Under the pieces are notes generated by a model. The model did no database searches. It was not told the origin of the DNA and saw only the letters and a program-made list of their open reading frames with translations. A stretch of 64,000 bases of DNA from Ophelia neglecta (taxonomy: Eukaryota): the NCBI GenBank assembly GCA_965285935.1, contig OZ260663.1:93062001-93126000 (forward strand). The letters are read 5' to 3'. The number at the start of each line of letters is the position of its first letter. The first letter of the stretch is position 1. Below are positions 50,767 through 62,548 of this stretch, piece by piece. The position numbers and the translations under genes are program-made.

Positions 50767-50890
50767 AGCCGCAAGCGGAGCGAGTGCTGCGCACTGCGCC
50801 GGCGCTATGCTTACCACCCATTGCATTGCGCCGCGGTACAGTGTGCATCGAGTTCTGATACTGACACTACCAGCTTGTGAAGGAATACTA
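50767..50890 (+). promoter_or_regulatory. Conserved upstream element (before A7); best hairpin example
   Basis: 5' arm 50788-50810, loop TTACCACCCATT, 3' arm 50823-50847. Confidence 0.72.
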
Positions 50891-51002
50891 CGTGGAACAC
50901 TGATATAAGGGGCGACAGATAATGATATGCGGAATATGAGAAGGTTATTGCATGATGCTTTATGAGAGAGTTCAGTGTTCGGAATAAATACCGAATATTA
51001 CA

Positions 51003-54000
51003 ATGGATAAACTGCTGAAGGACTTCATTCTACGCGTTGTGATCATGGCAATATGGCTACCAACAGTGTGCTCGAGTAAGTAATGTAAATACATTATCAT
51101 TTTTCAAGGAACGCCATCTTGCGCAGTAACCGACAGTGTTGCTCTGCGGGCTAATATAACTCGGACTGGAGGCGTCATTTGAGTGACCTTAATCGAGTTT
51201 GTTCATATATTTGCTTATAGTGCACCGTTGATTGGCATTTTTTACGCAATATATTGTTTATATTGGGGTCACATTATTTATGTTACTGGAAATGAAACCA
51301 AGCAATGTGAACGATTAACTTTCTACGTCAAAAATGTTTGACATGCTATGCATTGAATACGTGTATGTGCAAACATATTTCGTGTACCAGTGCGAAAATA
51401 ACCAAATTGTTATCATAGAAGCCCCTAATGTTGTTTGTGAAATAAAATCACAATTAGAATATTCTAAACGAAAAGCAACCGTGACTGAACCAATATATTA
51501 TCAGATGGTATATCAGTTTAAGTTACACACAATTAACACAATGAGTCTGGTTGTATATCTTAATTCCCGTCCCAATATCATCAAGGCGTGTGTCATACCG
51601 AAATAACTATTTGCAGTGTATAACTTAATAAAATGTTTCCAGCTTTAGATAAAACACAAAGCCAAGTTTGCACATAAAGACTAATATTATCTTCTTCAGT
51701 ATAAACAAAAACCATTTAGTTTTCCCTCGATTAACGTGGGCAGCACATTAAAGATATCGCATATGTGTTTCTAACACGCATACTATTAGCATTTGTTTTG
51801 CATTTGCAGTAGAAGATGAAGTTTGTTTATGGAGTACATACGACGCTATATGTGACGAAAACGAAGTTATACAAATGGAGCATGCGCTCTACGGGCGGAT
51901 GTCGGTAGGACGCTGCATACCGGAGAACGTAGGTATCATGATGGGCTGTCAGGTGGACGTTTTGAGCTACTTGGATTCGGTTTGCTCTGGAAGACAAACG
52001 TGTCATCTAAGATTACCGCAAGATCTCTTAGCCTCCGAATATCAGCCCTGCCAACGAGGGTTGGAGTCCTACCTTCAGTTGAAATACAAATGTGTAACTG
52101 GTATGTAAACCAAACAAAGTTTAAAATGCCAACATTAATTTATTTAATATTAATACAAAGCCGGGAAGTTGCACAAATTACACGTTAACAAGACAAGATA
52201 TCTACAACGTCCTATAAAGGAGGAGGATTGGGATGGGGAGTTCATACTTACCTAGATATTCGAAATAAATTCAGGGTCACATTCAAAACGAGATAACATG
52301 ACCTATGTCCATGTCCTCAGCAGGTGGTTGTCTAATCTTATATTTATCTCCGCCAACGTGTTATCTGTCACGGCAGCTGCATTTATTTCAGTAAATGCAT
52401 CAATGAAAGTCTCTCCCCCTTAGATGCCATATTGCTTCTGTTGCGGTCTTACACATGTCAATATCCTTCTTCTAGCTCCATTACTCATTATTTAAGCACA
52501 TAACCTATTGTACGTGCAGACGTATATGCTAAAATTAACTGTTTTGTATTTACCAGCGCCATTATTTGAAAGTAATTCTTTACTTCGTGTTAACATTTCC
52601 TTGTTATTTCTAGTAAACGCCTCACCAAAACCATGTGCCGGTAATCCTATACCAGTCAAGGGAACTACAGGGATTTTGGCCAATTTCGTAACCGGACGAA
52701 CTGAGCAGGGATCGCAGGACTGTCCCTGGGAGGTACGGGGGTCGCCTGGACAAAGAATCCGCCTCATATTACATGACTACGGTGTTTGGACACATTCTAA
52801 ACCTCTGAGAGACGACTCTGGAGTCCATGACCTTGGAGTACTTCCACCAGAGAGGTCGGATATATGTCACATATACGCTCGGGTTACGGAAGGTAAGTCA
52901 TGTTTATTCAAAAAATAATTATTTTGCCCCTCATTGCAATATTTTTCGGTGTCCCATGACTGTGTTATCACGATAACATATGTCCTTTTGTTTATTGCCA
53001 GGCCATACAGAGAGTTCAGTCACTATTTGTGGCGGCGAGGTAAGAGAGAAAGTAGTATACCTCTCAGAGACAGAGGGCGTTCACATCGCCCTAACCGCCC
53101 CAAAACAAAGCAAGAACTCTGCGTATTTCATGCTTCGCTTTGAAAGTAAGTGAAACGGTCTCAAATTAATTTAAATAAAACAACAGCTGTTTTCCCCCCA
53201 GAAAAATCATTTAAATAATCACAGTTAAATGTATCCAGTCAAATGTAATGCAATTGAGTAGTTTTTATATCATTTCAGTCATAGGGTGTCTAACGTACAC
53301 ACCACCAGAGGGTGCGGTAATTGTGCGTTATGAAAACGATATATCAGTAACTTGCCCATATACTGGAAGTGAGTGGAAGGTGGTATGTGATGGGACAAGG
53401 TGGCAAACAGAAGGAAACGTCACAAACTGTACTGAGACACGTAAGTGTAATAAAAGGTTTAACCGGAAATAAATTGTTTACCAGTGATTCTATATTTATT
53501 TGAATTAAGGAATGTTATCATTATAATCATATTTTAGATCTTGAAAAGGCGGAATTGGAAAGAAAAAAAGAGTTGCCGGTTTCCAGTGAAGCGGTGTTTC
53601 AGGGTGAACTTACCTTATCTCAAGGTGATGATCAAGAACGAAATGTTGATTCAAATGATGTCAACACTCGTTAATAACGTACCCTTTTTGTGAAGAGGCC
53701 TTTCGTGCAGTATGCACACAATATAGTAAAATGGTTCTTAGCAACACATTCGGCATCAGTTTTAATATTAGATTTGTAAATATATTTGAAATATAATCAT
53801 GTGAAGTCTTTTCAAATGCATTTTATCTTTGACATCGGAACTAAATAATAGTCTACTTATATTTCCAGGACTCGTGATTGCATTCTTTTTATCAATTGCG
53901 GTACTCATAGCGGTCATTATTATGGTGATCGGCATTGTTGTCCTCCGAAGGTAAGTGGCGCGTGTCGTTAGAAGATTCTTTGATCCGATTTCCACAGAAC

Positions 54001-54712
54001 TACGCTCTTGTATTCTGTGCATAACCTTTTCTTTGTTTTCTATTATCACTTTTAACGTGTTTTCAACAATTCCATGGTCTTGCACACGTAAGATGTGGGT
54101 GGGGTTAAGTTTGCATAAAATTTATTGTCTCTGGGGGCTAACCGAAATAAGAAAAAATCATGCACCCTATATTTCGAAACATATGTTTGCAGGAGGCAAG
54201 TGTCGGTGATAGAATCAAACCTGGGATATAGCAGAAAGGAACATTTCCCCATGCTCACAACAGATCAGAGAGAACAAGAGTCTCTTCGAGACCGGGGTTA
54301 CACGACTACCGCACATCTGTCCGCGGCTGTACCACCGGGCACCAGGACATCCCGTGGGAAATTACCACCACTACCACTACCACCGACGTCATCATTCGCA
54401 GAAGCCGACCACTGTAATATCCACGGGTCACTAAGTGGTGGCCGCTGTCCGCGGGATAGGAACCAGACAACACAGTCTTTCATCGAACAGACTCCATCTA
54501 ATGAGTGGCCAAATTCCTTACGCAGTTACGGTAAAACCAAGAACCATTTCTACCACGAGTTGGACCCGGAACATACCAGTATTCATACAGAGCCCCCACT
54601 GGTTAATGCAGATTTCGAAACAGATACATTAGTCGGGGTTGAACACGTAGCCCCACTGCCGGATGTACTGTTCGCATCCGCAATTGGGCATAGCGAATAC
54701 GGTGCAGTTTAA
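51003..54712 (+). CDS. Receptor copy A7, 545 aa
   Basis: Exons 51003-51075, 51810-52100, 52614-52892, 53002-53145, 53279-53440, 53538-53624, 53869-53950, 54193-54712. Total 1638 nt, in frame; ends ...HSEYGAV*. Confidence 0.88.
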
Positions 54713-55485
54713 ATAAAATCTCGTTGGTTTCCAATAGTGTAGAGAACGAACTGAAATATTCAAAATTATGCCATTATTGTGAAGTTCACATTTATGAAGA
54801 GTTCAGCTACATGTAAAATGCGAACAGGCTCCATTCGCATCGGTAAGAAGATATATTACTTAGACCTGGAATGTTATAAAGCAGATACGATGAAGACAAT
54901 AATGCCTGGGCCGTCATCTGAAGAGGAAATTCGCTTTTGTAACCACTATCCAAACTGGCAAACACCGAATGCTCATGTCAGTCGTCTGCGTTCTATCACG
55001 CGTTGGACCTCGATCACAGATTTGATTACAACGCATCACGTAAAGCACAGTCAATGGTGGTGGAAAATGCCCTGGTTGTAAATGTTGCCTCTCTTCCCCC
55101 GATACTACCTTCCACTTAGAGTTTATTTATTAGACAAAGATCCAAGATGAACATGTCATATGTAAAGAATTGTGTTAAAAAATACAATGAATTTTGTACG
55201 AGTTGGAACTCTACCAAAAGATTAATATCCGCCGAGTGCCCTGCATATAATTACAATATCCTGCTACTCACTAAAATATACAAATTGTCAACTTAGGTTA
55301 AGCAATGGTGTACTTATGGGATGCGCTTTAATTTTATTATTTAACTAATGTGGTATTCATGAAACTTCAACCGTTGACAATATAAATCGAAGCACATATG
55401 TATATTCTTAGTCATGTTCATATGTCATTTCTTGCGGTTGTCAGTAATGTAGCTAATTCAATATTACAGTCTGATATAGAATGGG

Positions 55486-55610
55486 TGAGACGCCAGCTCA
55501 GCACCTGGTGCGCACTGCGCCGGCGCTGTGTGTGCCACCCATTGCACCGCGCCGCGCTACTGTGTACATCGAGTTCTGATACTGACATTGCTTTGTGCAG
55601 GCATAGTACG
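55486..55610 (+). promoter_or_regulatory. Conserved upstream element (before A8)
   Basis: GGTGCGCACTGCGCCGGCGC..CCACCCATTGCACCGCGCCGCG..ATCGAGTTCTGATACTGACA. Confidence 0.68.
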
Positions 55611-55722
55611 TGGAATTCGGATATAATGAGCGACAGATCATAATATGAGGATTAAAACATTAGGATTACAAATTGATGGTGTGTGAGAGAGCGTATTGTT
55701 TTGAAAAATACACGGATTTACA

Positions 55723-58700
55723 ATGGAAATACTGGTGAAATACTTCATTATACGCGTTGTGATCATGGCAATATGGCCAACTACAGTTAGCTCAAGTAAG
55801 TATTGAAATAACATTATCATATGACCAGGGACGCCATCTTGCGCACGTACTGGCCATAACGGTGTCTGTGTTAATATCCATAGTATAGGAGCTACGTGTC
55901 AGTACACGATTTGAGTGATACGTTTTCTCATAGTTTGCCCCGAATGTGTAATATTCTTTTAAGGAAATAGTCGGCTCTATAGAGGTCATTTTAGTTATAT
56001 TGTGAAAATGGAGCATTGCATATTATGTGAACGCTTAAAATGTCCTCGTTAAAACTATATTTGATGCTATGTAAATGGCATATAGTCGTATTTTTCTTAA
56101 ATCTGTTCAAACAAAATTGGTCTCTCTATATATATATAACCAACAATGATTTATAGGCAATAAATTCTCAATACGTTTTGTGTCTTAAATCTCGCGAATA
56201 GTACACCGTTTCGCTCGAGCCAGGTGTCCGGCCATGATATGCCTCCTTGTATTAATGTGCCCACTGCCGCGCTTTTCCTTGCATGCTTCCATTCCAATAT
56301 TGGGTAAAACCTCGGGCACATAAATCATTTAAAAGAATATAACTAATCAAACAATGTTTTTAGAGAATACGACAGAATTTGAGGCTTTGTCTAAAGACAT
56401 AGTATACATTACAGTGTTTTTTTGACCATTGGTCCTTAAGATATGTTTAATAAATATAAAAACGAAAGGGAGTGGATACCCGGCAGACAATACAAATCAA
56501 TTAATCAGAAATAATCCATCAGATAATCGGTCAGATATCACCAGATGCAAACAAAATCAATTCCCAAACAGCATACCAACGTGTAATGAACATTAAAAAA
56601 GAGAAATACGTAAATGGTCCCTGCATATTTAAGGGGAAAAGTAACCCTGCAATAGATGCTTTTAATGCACATGCATATCATTTCAATGTCAGTTCGAACT
56701 ATATGAGTATCAATGTATGCAATGTAAATAGTGTTTGGTAACCACTGGTAAAAATAATTATAATCCCGGTTTTATTGGCAAACTTTAATACAAAGTTTAT
56801 CAGATATTTATAATGAAACAATGTCGTTTGTAGCAAAATAATGGTTATGTAAACAAATCGTATCGCGAGGTAAATAATTTTATACAGTACGTGTGCTTTC
56901 TTACTGCTCATCACACTGTGAAGGAACAGGGAAAACACAGTACACAATTTACAGAATGATGAAATATTACGATTAAATATTCCGGTTTGTAATTATTGGT
57001 ATATATTTTTTAAGGATTATTAAAACAATAACCATCTCTTAAGCGAAAGCAATGTTTGATGCCTTTACATTTACTCAAAGAAATTTTCACTGTAGAAAGG
57101 AGCTTTTAAGTGTTCCTGTCGTTGCTTCCGGGTAACACATATGGATGTCCGTTAATATACGTTATCGATCTGACGATCTGCCACTGAGTGAATAGAATGT
57201 CAACAGCACAGCCTGTTAAACAGAGGATCTAGTCTGCAATACCCCTATTTAGCTCATTTACCTAGTTCACTAGTTTACTCAAATTTAGAGCGGGGTCGTC
57301 GATGTATGTGTGGAATATTCAACGTTTAATTCCAGCTGGTAGTGATATAATAAGCTAGTGCTACCTGTTTGTTGTGCTTACTATATTGTTTATGATAATA
57401 TAAGCCCACTATGAAGTTTTAAAAAGTCGCATGTTAAGCGCCAGCACGGTACGTAAAACACTTACGTGTCTTATTAAAGTAATCGTATGATACTCTACCC
57501 ACCGTATGAAATAAATAACTTCCGTTTGAGTAACTTCTGACCAGAATACTGTCTATCCTTGAGTAGAGACTACTTGTATAACGACATTCATCGAAAGTGA
57601 GCACACATTGATCTATTGACTTCATTAAACTGCAAATAATAAATATATTTCACAACTGTAATAAAATATGAATAGGTAGAACCTAGATCACAATCAACTC
57701 ACAGGGACTACTGGTATCCATTTGATTCTATAATATATGCTGAATATACCCACGCATGTTGCCTATATATAGTTTGCTCTGCAGCCGTTTAGCGGCTGTT
57801 AGAGAGCTCTATCAATGGAAGCCCCGTGGGTTATTTTTCCTTGGATTTATATTTTGTACATCATTTAAAGTACACGTCTTTATGGCAGTAAAGATGCGTT
57901 CCAATAGTGTATTTCCCATTCCTTAATAGACATACAACATACAATAGACATAACTGTAATATTATTCTCATGACCTCAGCAAATGGGGTGTATACATTTA
58001 GGCTTTGTTTTTTCTGTCAGATCCTATGCTTTTCGGTCTGATTGCAACAAAAGACACGTAGCACTGGTGTTTGAATTACAGGATTGCTGTTAAAGGTAAA
58101 AAACAAGCGATTATCAAATTCACAGATACATATTTCACCAGTTTATCTTGCGCCCGCAAAGCCCTGCGAGACAAGGCAGCCGCCAACCAGCAGGGGCAGC
58201 GATAAACAAATCTGTTTAAACCCTCATGGCGGCGGCAAAGCCACGACACGAATGCGCAGACGACAACTTACATCATGGACGCTTGTTGACTACTTCACAT
58301 TGCATGTGATATCTTATTTATACTGTTTATTATAAATTCCTGTACACGCTTATTTACTAGTAAATATGTGTACGTGATTGAAACTGGCGCTATCTATTAA
58401 ATTTGGACCGAATTAATTTATTATTCTTGGTTGCAGAAGAGCAAGACGTTTGTTTTTGGAATACACTAGACGCTACCTGCGAAGAAAATGAGGTAATACA
58501 TATGGAGCATGCGCTCTATGGGCGGATGTCAGTAGGTCAATGCATACCGGAGGACGCGGGTTACAGCTTGGGGTGTCAGGAAGACGTGTTGAGCTATTTG
58601 GACACAGTTTGCTCAGGCAGACAATCGTGCACGCTTAGGCTGCCGGATGAACATCTGGCCGATGAGCACCAGCCGTGTCCCCGAGGATTGGAGGCATACC

Positions 58701-61425
58701 TACATTTACAATACAAATGTATACCTGGTAAACATTGTACTTATTACATAAACATATCATTTTTTTATACTAATAGGACGATTATATATATAACATTCCG
58801 CTCCGGTTTACCTGTACTGTGCTCTAAATCATACCAAAATTAAAAGCACTCCTACAAACACATTAAAGTCATGTGTGAGTAAAGCCACCTCAAACAATAT
58901 TCATACAATATGTTGTTTAAAATCACAATTTAGCTTACCGGAAGCAGCAGAATGGAGGTGAATTATGTCGCTTAACAAATTTTCAATGTGTTAATATTAA
59001 AAATATGCGTGTCTCGCCGAATGTGTAAATTGTCATTAATAAGACCCCATTAAAAAAGTCCATCTCGTGCAGTTGATATTGTAATGTTAACCTATTTCTT
59101 CCCCTGGTCAAACTATTAACTTTTCAGCGGTCTGAAATTGACTAAGTTTTGTTTCTAGCTGTTATCAACTACACGAGAAAAAGTCCCGAATCTTCCTGGA
59201 TGGCATAGTGAATTTTGGACAACTCGTCTTCACAATGCATGAGACTGGAAATAAGCTGTGAATATGCTTGAAATATGGTTATTTCGTGCTTAAGGGTAAA
59301 ATTATTATTTCCAGTGCACGCTTCGCCAATCCCATGTGCTGACGATCCGATACCATGCACGGGGATAACTGGCTTACTGGCTAATAGCATAACGGGACGA
59401 ACTGGTCAGGGCTCTTCGAAATGCCCCTGGGAAGTCCATGGATCCGCTGGACAGAAGGTCCGCCTTACATTATTTGATTACGGGGCAGGTAATCTTCCCA
59501 CATCGGAAGAAGGGGACTCTGGAGTTATGGAACACGGAAGCCGACTATCAGAGAGGTCGGATATATGCCAAATATACGCCAGGGTTACTGAAGGTACGCC
59601 AAGATAGCAATGAATTTGTTTTCAAACATGGGCGTAGTTTTTATCAAAGGTTTCATTCCCACCAACGGTTTCAGGATTAATGTTAGTTTCATTTATTTGG
59701 AAGATGCAGCACAACTTTTTTATATCAACTGATAATGCGTTTGTGTTAACTAGATCATGCTGGGAGTTCTATTACTCTTTGTGGGGGAGAGGCAAGAGAA
59801 AAAATAGTGTATCTCTCGGAGACAGAAAGGGTTCAGATTGCCATTACCGACCCTATAAACGACCAATACCAGGCGTATTTTCTACTTCGTTACGAAAGTG
59901 AGTAACGATAACTATACATATCAACAACCATTATTTAGTTAAAATTGAATCTGAAATCGAGGCTACTGGAGACACAATTGTTACATCATTTACATTCGCT
60001 CCATTGTGGAATTATTCTTAGACCACCCTTCACAATGTATGAATCTAAATGCAATGCCACTGAGTATTTTTTGATCTACTTCAGTTATAGGGTGTCTTAA
60101 GTACATACCACCGGAAGGCGCTGTTATTGTGCGTCATGGTAATGATATATCAGTGACGTGCCCAAATACCGGAACTGGGTGGAGTGTTGTTTGCGATGGG
60201 TCACGGTGGCAAATACAAGGAAATGTCACAAACTGTACTGAAATCGGTAAGTACAAACATTGAAAGCAGAAAACCTACCTGCCATCGTCTTTTATTGAGC
60301 TTTACTCTACAGTGCAATCGCTTATAAGGAATTGTATTTTAGGTCCCCAAATGCTGGAAGTAGATAAACCAGGGCCACCTCTGTCCACTGAAGTGCGGTT
60401 GAAGGGTGGCCTTACATTATCTCAAGGTGACGAGTAAAGGCAGGATGTTGATTATCATATAAAGTCAACTGCCGTTTATGAAAAAAGTGCTCTTACCTAT
60501 AAATCCGATTGATACCTTTAGCTTTAAAGTTAACAATAGTAATTCTTTGAAATGTTCGAATATATATTGCTCCGAGATAGGAACTGACCAGTGCTACGTT
60601 TATTTCCAGGCCTCGTGATTGCATTCTTTTTATCAATTGCTATACTCATAGCAGTTATTATTATGGTGATCGGCATTGTTGTACTTCGAAGGTAAGTCGA
60701 GCGTTTCTTCACAAAAATCTATGATCCGATTTCCCGGGATGAATTGAGTGCATCTCCTTATATTTCAAGGTTTAATTATAATCAGATTTGATATGTATGT
60801 TTTCATAGTCAGGCATACTATATATAGAATGTTAAATCTGGACAAAATTGTTCGCGTCTTGGGTTAACCAAAATGTAAAGTCAAGTATATATCGTATATT
60901 TCATGATCATGATGTTGCAGGAGACCAGTCACCGTGATAGAAACAACTCCCGGATATAACTATAAAGAACACGTTCCAATGCTGACCAAAAATCAGAGGG
61001 CGCAGCAGTCACTCGGTGATAGGGGTTATACTACTACCGTCCAGAGACACGCAGCCGTTCCCCCGGGCGCCGTGACACCTCGAGGAAATTTACCGGCACT
61101 ACCACTACCACCTACGTCATCGTTTTCAGACTCCGGACGTTGTAACATCCACGGAACAGTTAGCCGTGACTGCTATCCACAGCATAGTATCCAGGCCACA
61201 CAGCCTTTCATTCAACCGTGCTCATCCAATGAGTGGCAAGACTCCTTACGGCGCTCGCGAAATAACTGTAAACCCAAAGACCATTTCTACCACGAGTTGG
61301 ATCCGGAGAATACCAGAGTTAACACGGGGCCGCCACTGCATAGCACGGAATCCGATATCAAGAGACTTGGTACGGATGTTCTCGGGGCCCCTCTTCCTGA
61401 TGTACTATCCGATTCCTCGCGTTGA
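55723..61425 (+). CDS. Receptor copy A8, 539 aa
   Basis: Exons 55723-55795, 58437-58727, 59315-59593, 59754-59897, 60085-60246, 60343-60426, 60610-60691, 60921-61425. Total 1620 nt, in frame. Confidence 0.88.
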
Positions 61426-61900
61426 CATAGCAAATATTATGACGTTTTAGGACGAACACCGCTTCCATTTACAACTGCTTAATAATATTTTGAATCGTAA
61501 TGAAGACCTCACCTATTTATAAACGAGGACAGAATTCTTCTCCTCTCGACAAGACTTTATCGTTTACAATAGATTCGGCTAGTATTGAGTAGGCTACTCT
61601 TAACCCTTTACAACATGTTCTTTTGGTGGGTTTATCAGTAAGCAAATATATGGCAAACACAGTATGGTATAAACATGGATGGACACAATTTAGGACGACC
61701 ATGTTTTCCTCTTTTTACCAACATAAACATCTTGCTTGGATTGAGATTCAAATACTTCTTTCGTGATTGATAAGCAACACCAAAATGTACATGGCACATA
61801 AGTGGTAAATCATTTCAAATATCTCATGGTTGCCCTTTAACAGTGTTCTTAAATATACACCTATACATTATATTACACCTTTATTGGACCTGGACAATAT

Positions 61901-62018
61901 GAGCCACGGGCACAGCGAGTGTTGCGCACTGCACCGTCGTTATATTCACCACCCATAGCAGTGCGAACTGGTACAGGGCATTGAGTTCTGATTACCAGTT
62001 TGTGCACAAATACTACGT
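61901..62018 (+). promoter_or_regulatory. Conserved upstream element (before B5)
   Basis: GCGAGTGTTGCGCACTGCACCGTCG..ACCACCCATAGCAGTGCGAACTGGTACAG..GAGTTCTGAT. Confidence 0.6.
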
Positions 62019-62047
62019 AGAATAATGGACAAATACATATAATTACA

Positions 62048-62120
62048 GTGAATACCCTGTTGGAATACTTCGTTCTTGTCTTAGCGAAAATGGCGATTTG
62101 GAAAACAACAGGAAGTCCTA
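62048..62120 (+). pseudogene. Orphan B-type first exon (B5)
   Basis: (V)NTLLEYFVLVLAKMAIWKTTGSP, 73 nt with intact donor GTAAGT, but ATG changed to GTG; no B body before the next promoter element. Confidence 0.7.
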
Positions 62121-62238
62121 GTAAGTATTGTGTCATTTATCAGTTATGGGAGAAGTCATCTGGAACCGAGTCCAGTCGCTCCTTGATTTCTGAATATTAA
62201 AATGTGTGTCTACGAACAACTTATAATTGTGATATCGA

Positions 62239-62362
62239 GAGCCGCAAGCGGAGCGAGTGATGCGCACTGCGTCGGCGCTGCGTTGACCACCCATTGCATT
62301 GCGCCGCGGTACGGTGTGCATCGAGTTCTGATACTGACACTACCGGTCTGTGAAGGAATACT
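62239..62362 (+). promoter_or_regulatory. Conserved upstream element (before A9)
   Basis: Near-identical to the element before A7. Confidence 0.72.
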
Positions 62363-62475
62363 TCGTTGAACACTGATATAAGGAGCGACAGATAATGATA
62401 TGCGGATTAAAATAGGATTACAACAGGATGCTTTATGAAATAGTTCAGTGATTGGAATAAACACCGAATATTAGA

Positions 62476-62548
62476 ATGGATAAACTGCTGAAGGACTTCA
62501 TACTAGGCGTTGTGATCATGGCAATATGGCTACCAACAGCGTGCTCGA
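62476..62548 (+). CDS. First (signal-peptide) exon of receptor copy A9; the rest presumably lies beyond the window
   Basis: MDKLLKDFILGVVIMAIWLPTACS + A|GTAAGT; closely related to A7 E1. Confidence 0.75.

Noticed and set aside
50788-50800. TGCGCAC as a metal-response element, or GCGCACTGCGC as an NRF1 site
   Set aside because: A single short match; spacing differs from the NRF1 palindrome GCGCAYGCGC; not enough to name a factor
58187-58200. CTCF-like CCAGCAGGGGCAGC in A8 intron 1
   Set aside because: One base short of the core consensus and not seen in the paralogs
16-61425. Protocadherin- or Dscam-like single gene with variable exons and shared constant exons
   Set aside because: Each complete A unit has its own signal-peptide exon, TM exon, tail and stop, so they are separate genes
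62251-62345. Upstream element as a C/D-box snoRNA (GTGATGC...CTGA)
   Set aside because: No copy has a proper box C (RUGAUGA), and that position varies (GTGCTGC, GTGGTGC, GTGTTGC)
2778-62362. Repeated upstream element read as a CRISPR array or other prokaryotic system
   Set aside because: Copies are hundreds of bases to kilobases apart, each tied to a spliced eukaryotic first exon; there are no spacers and no cas genes
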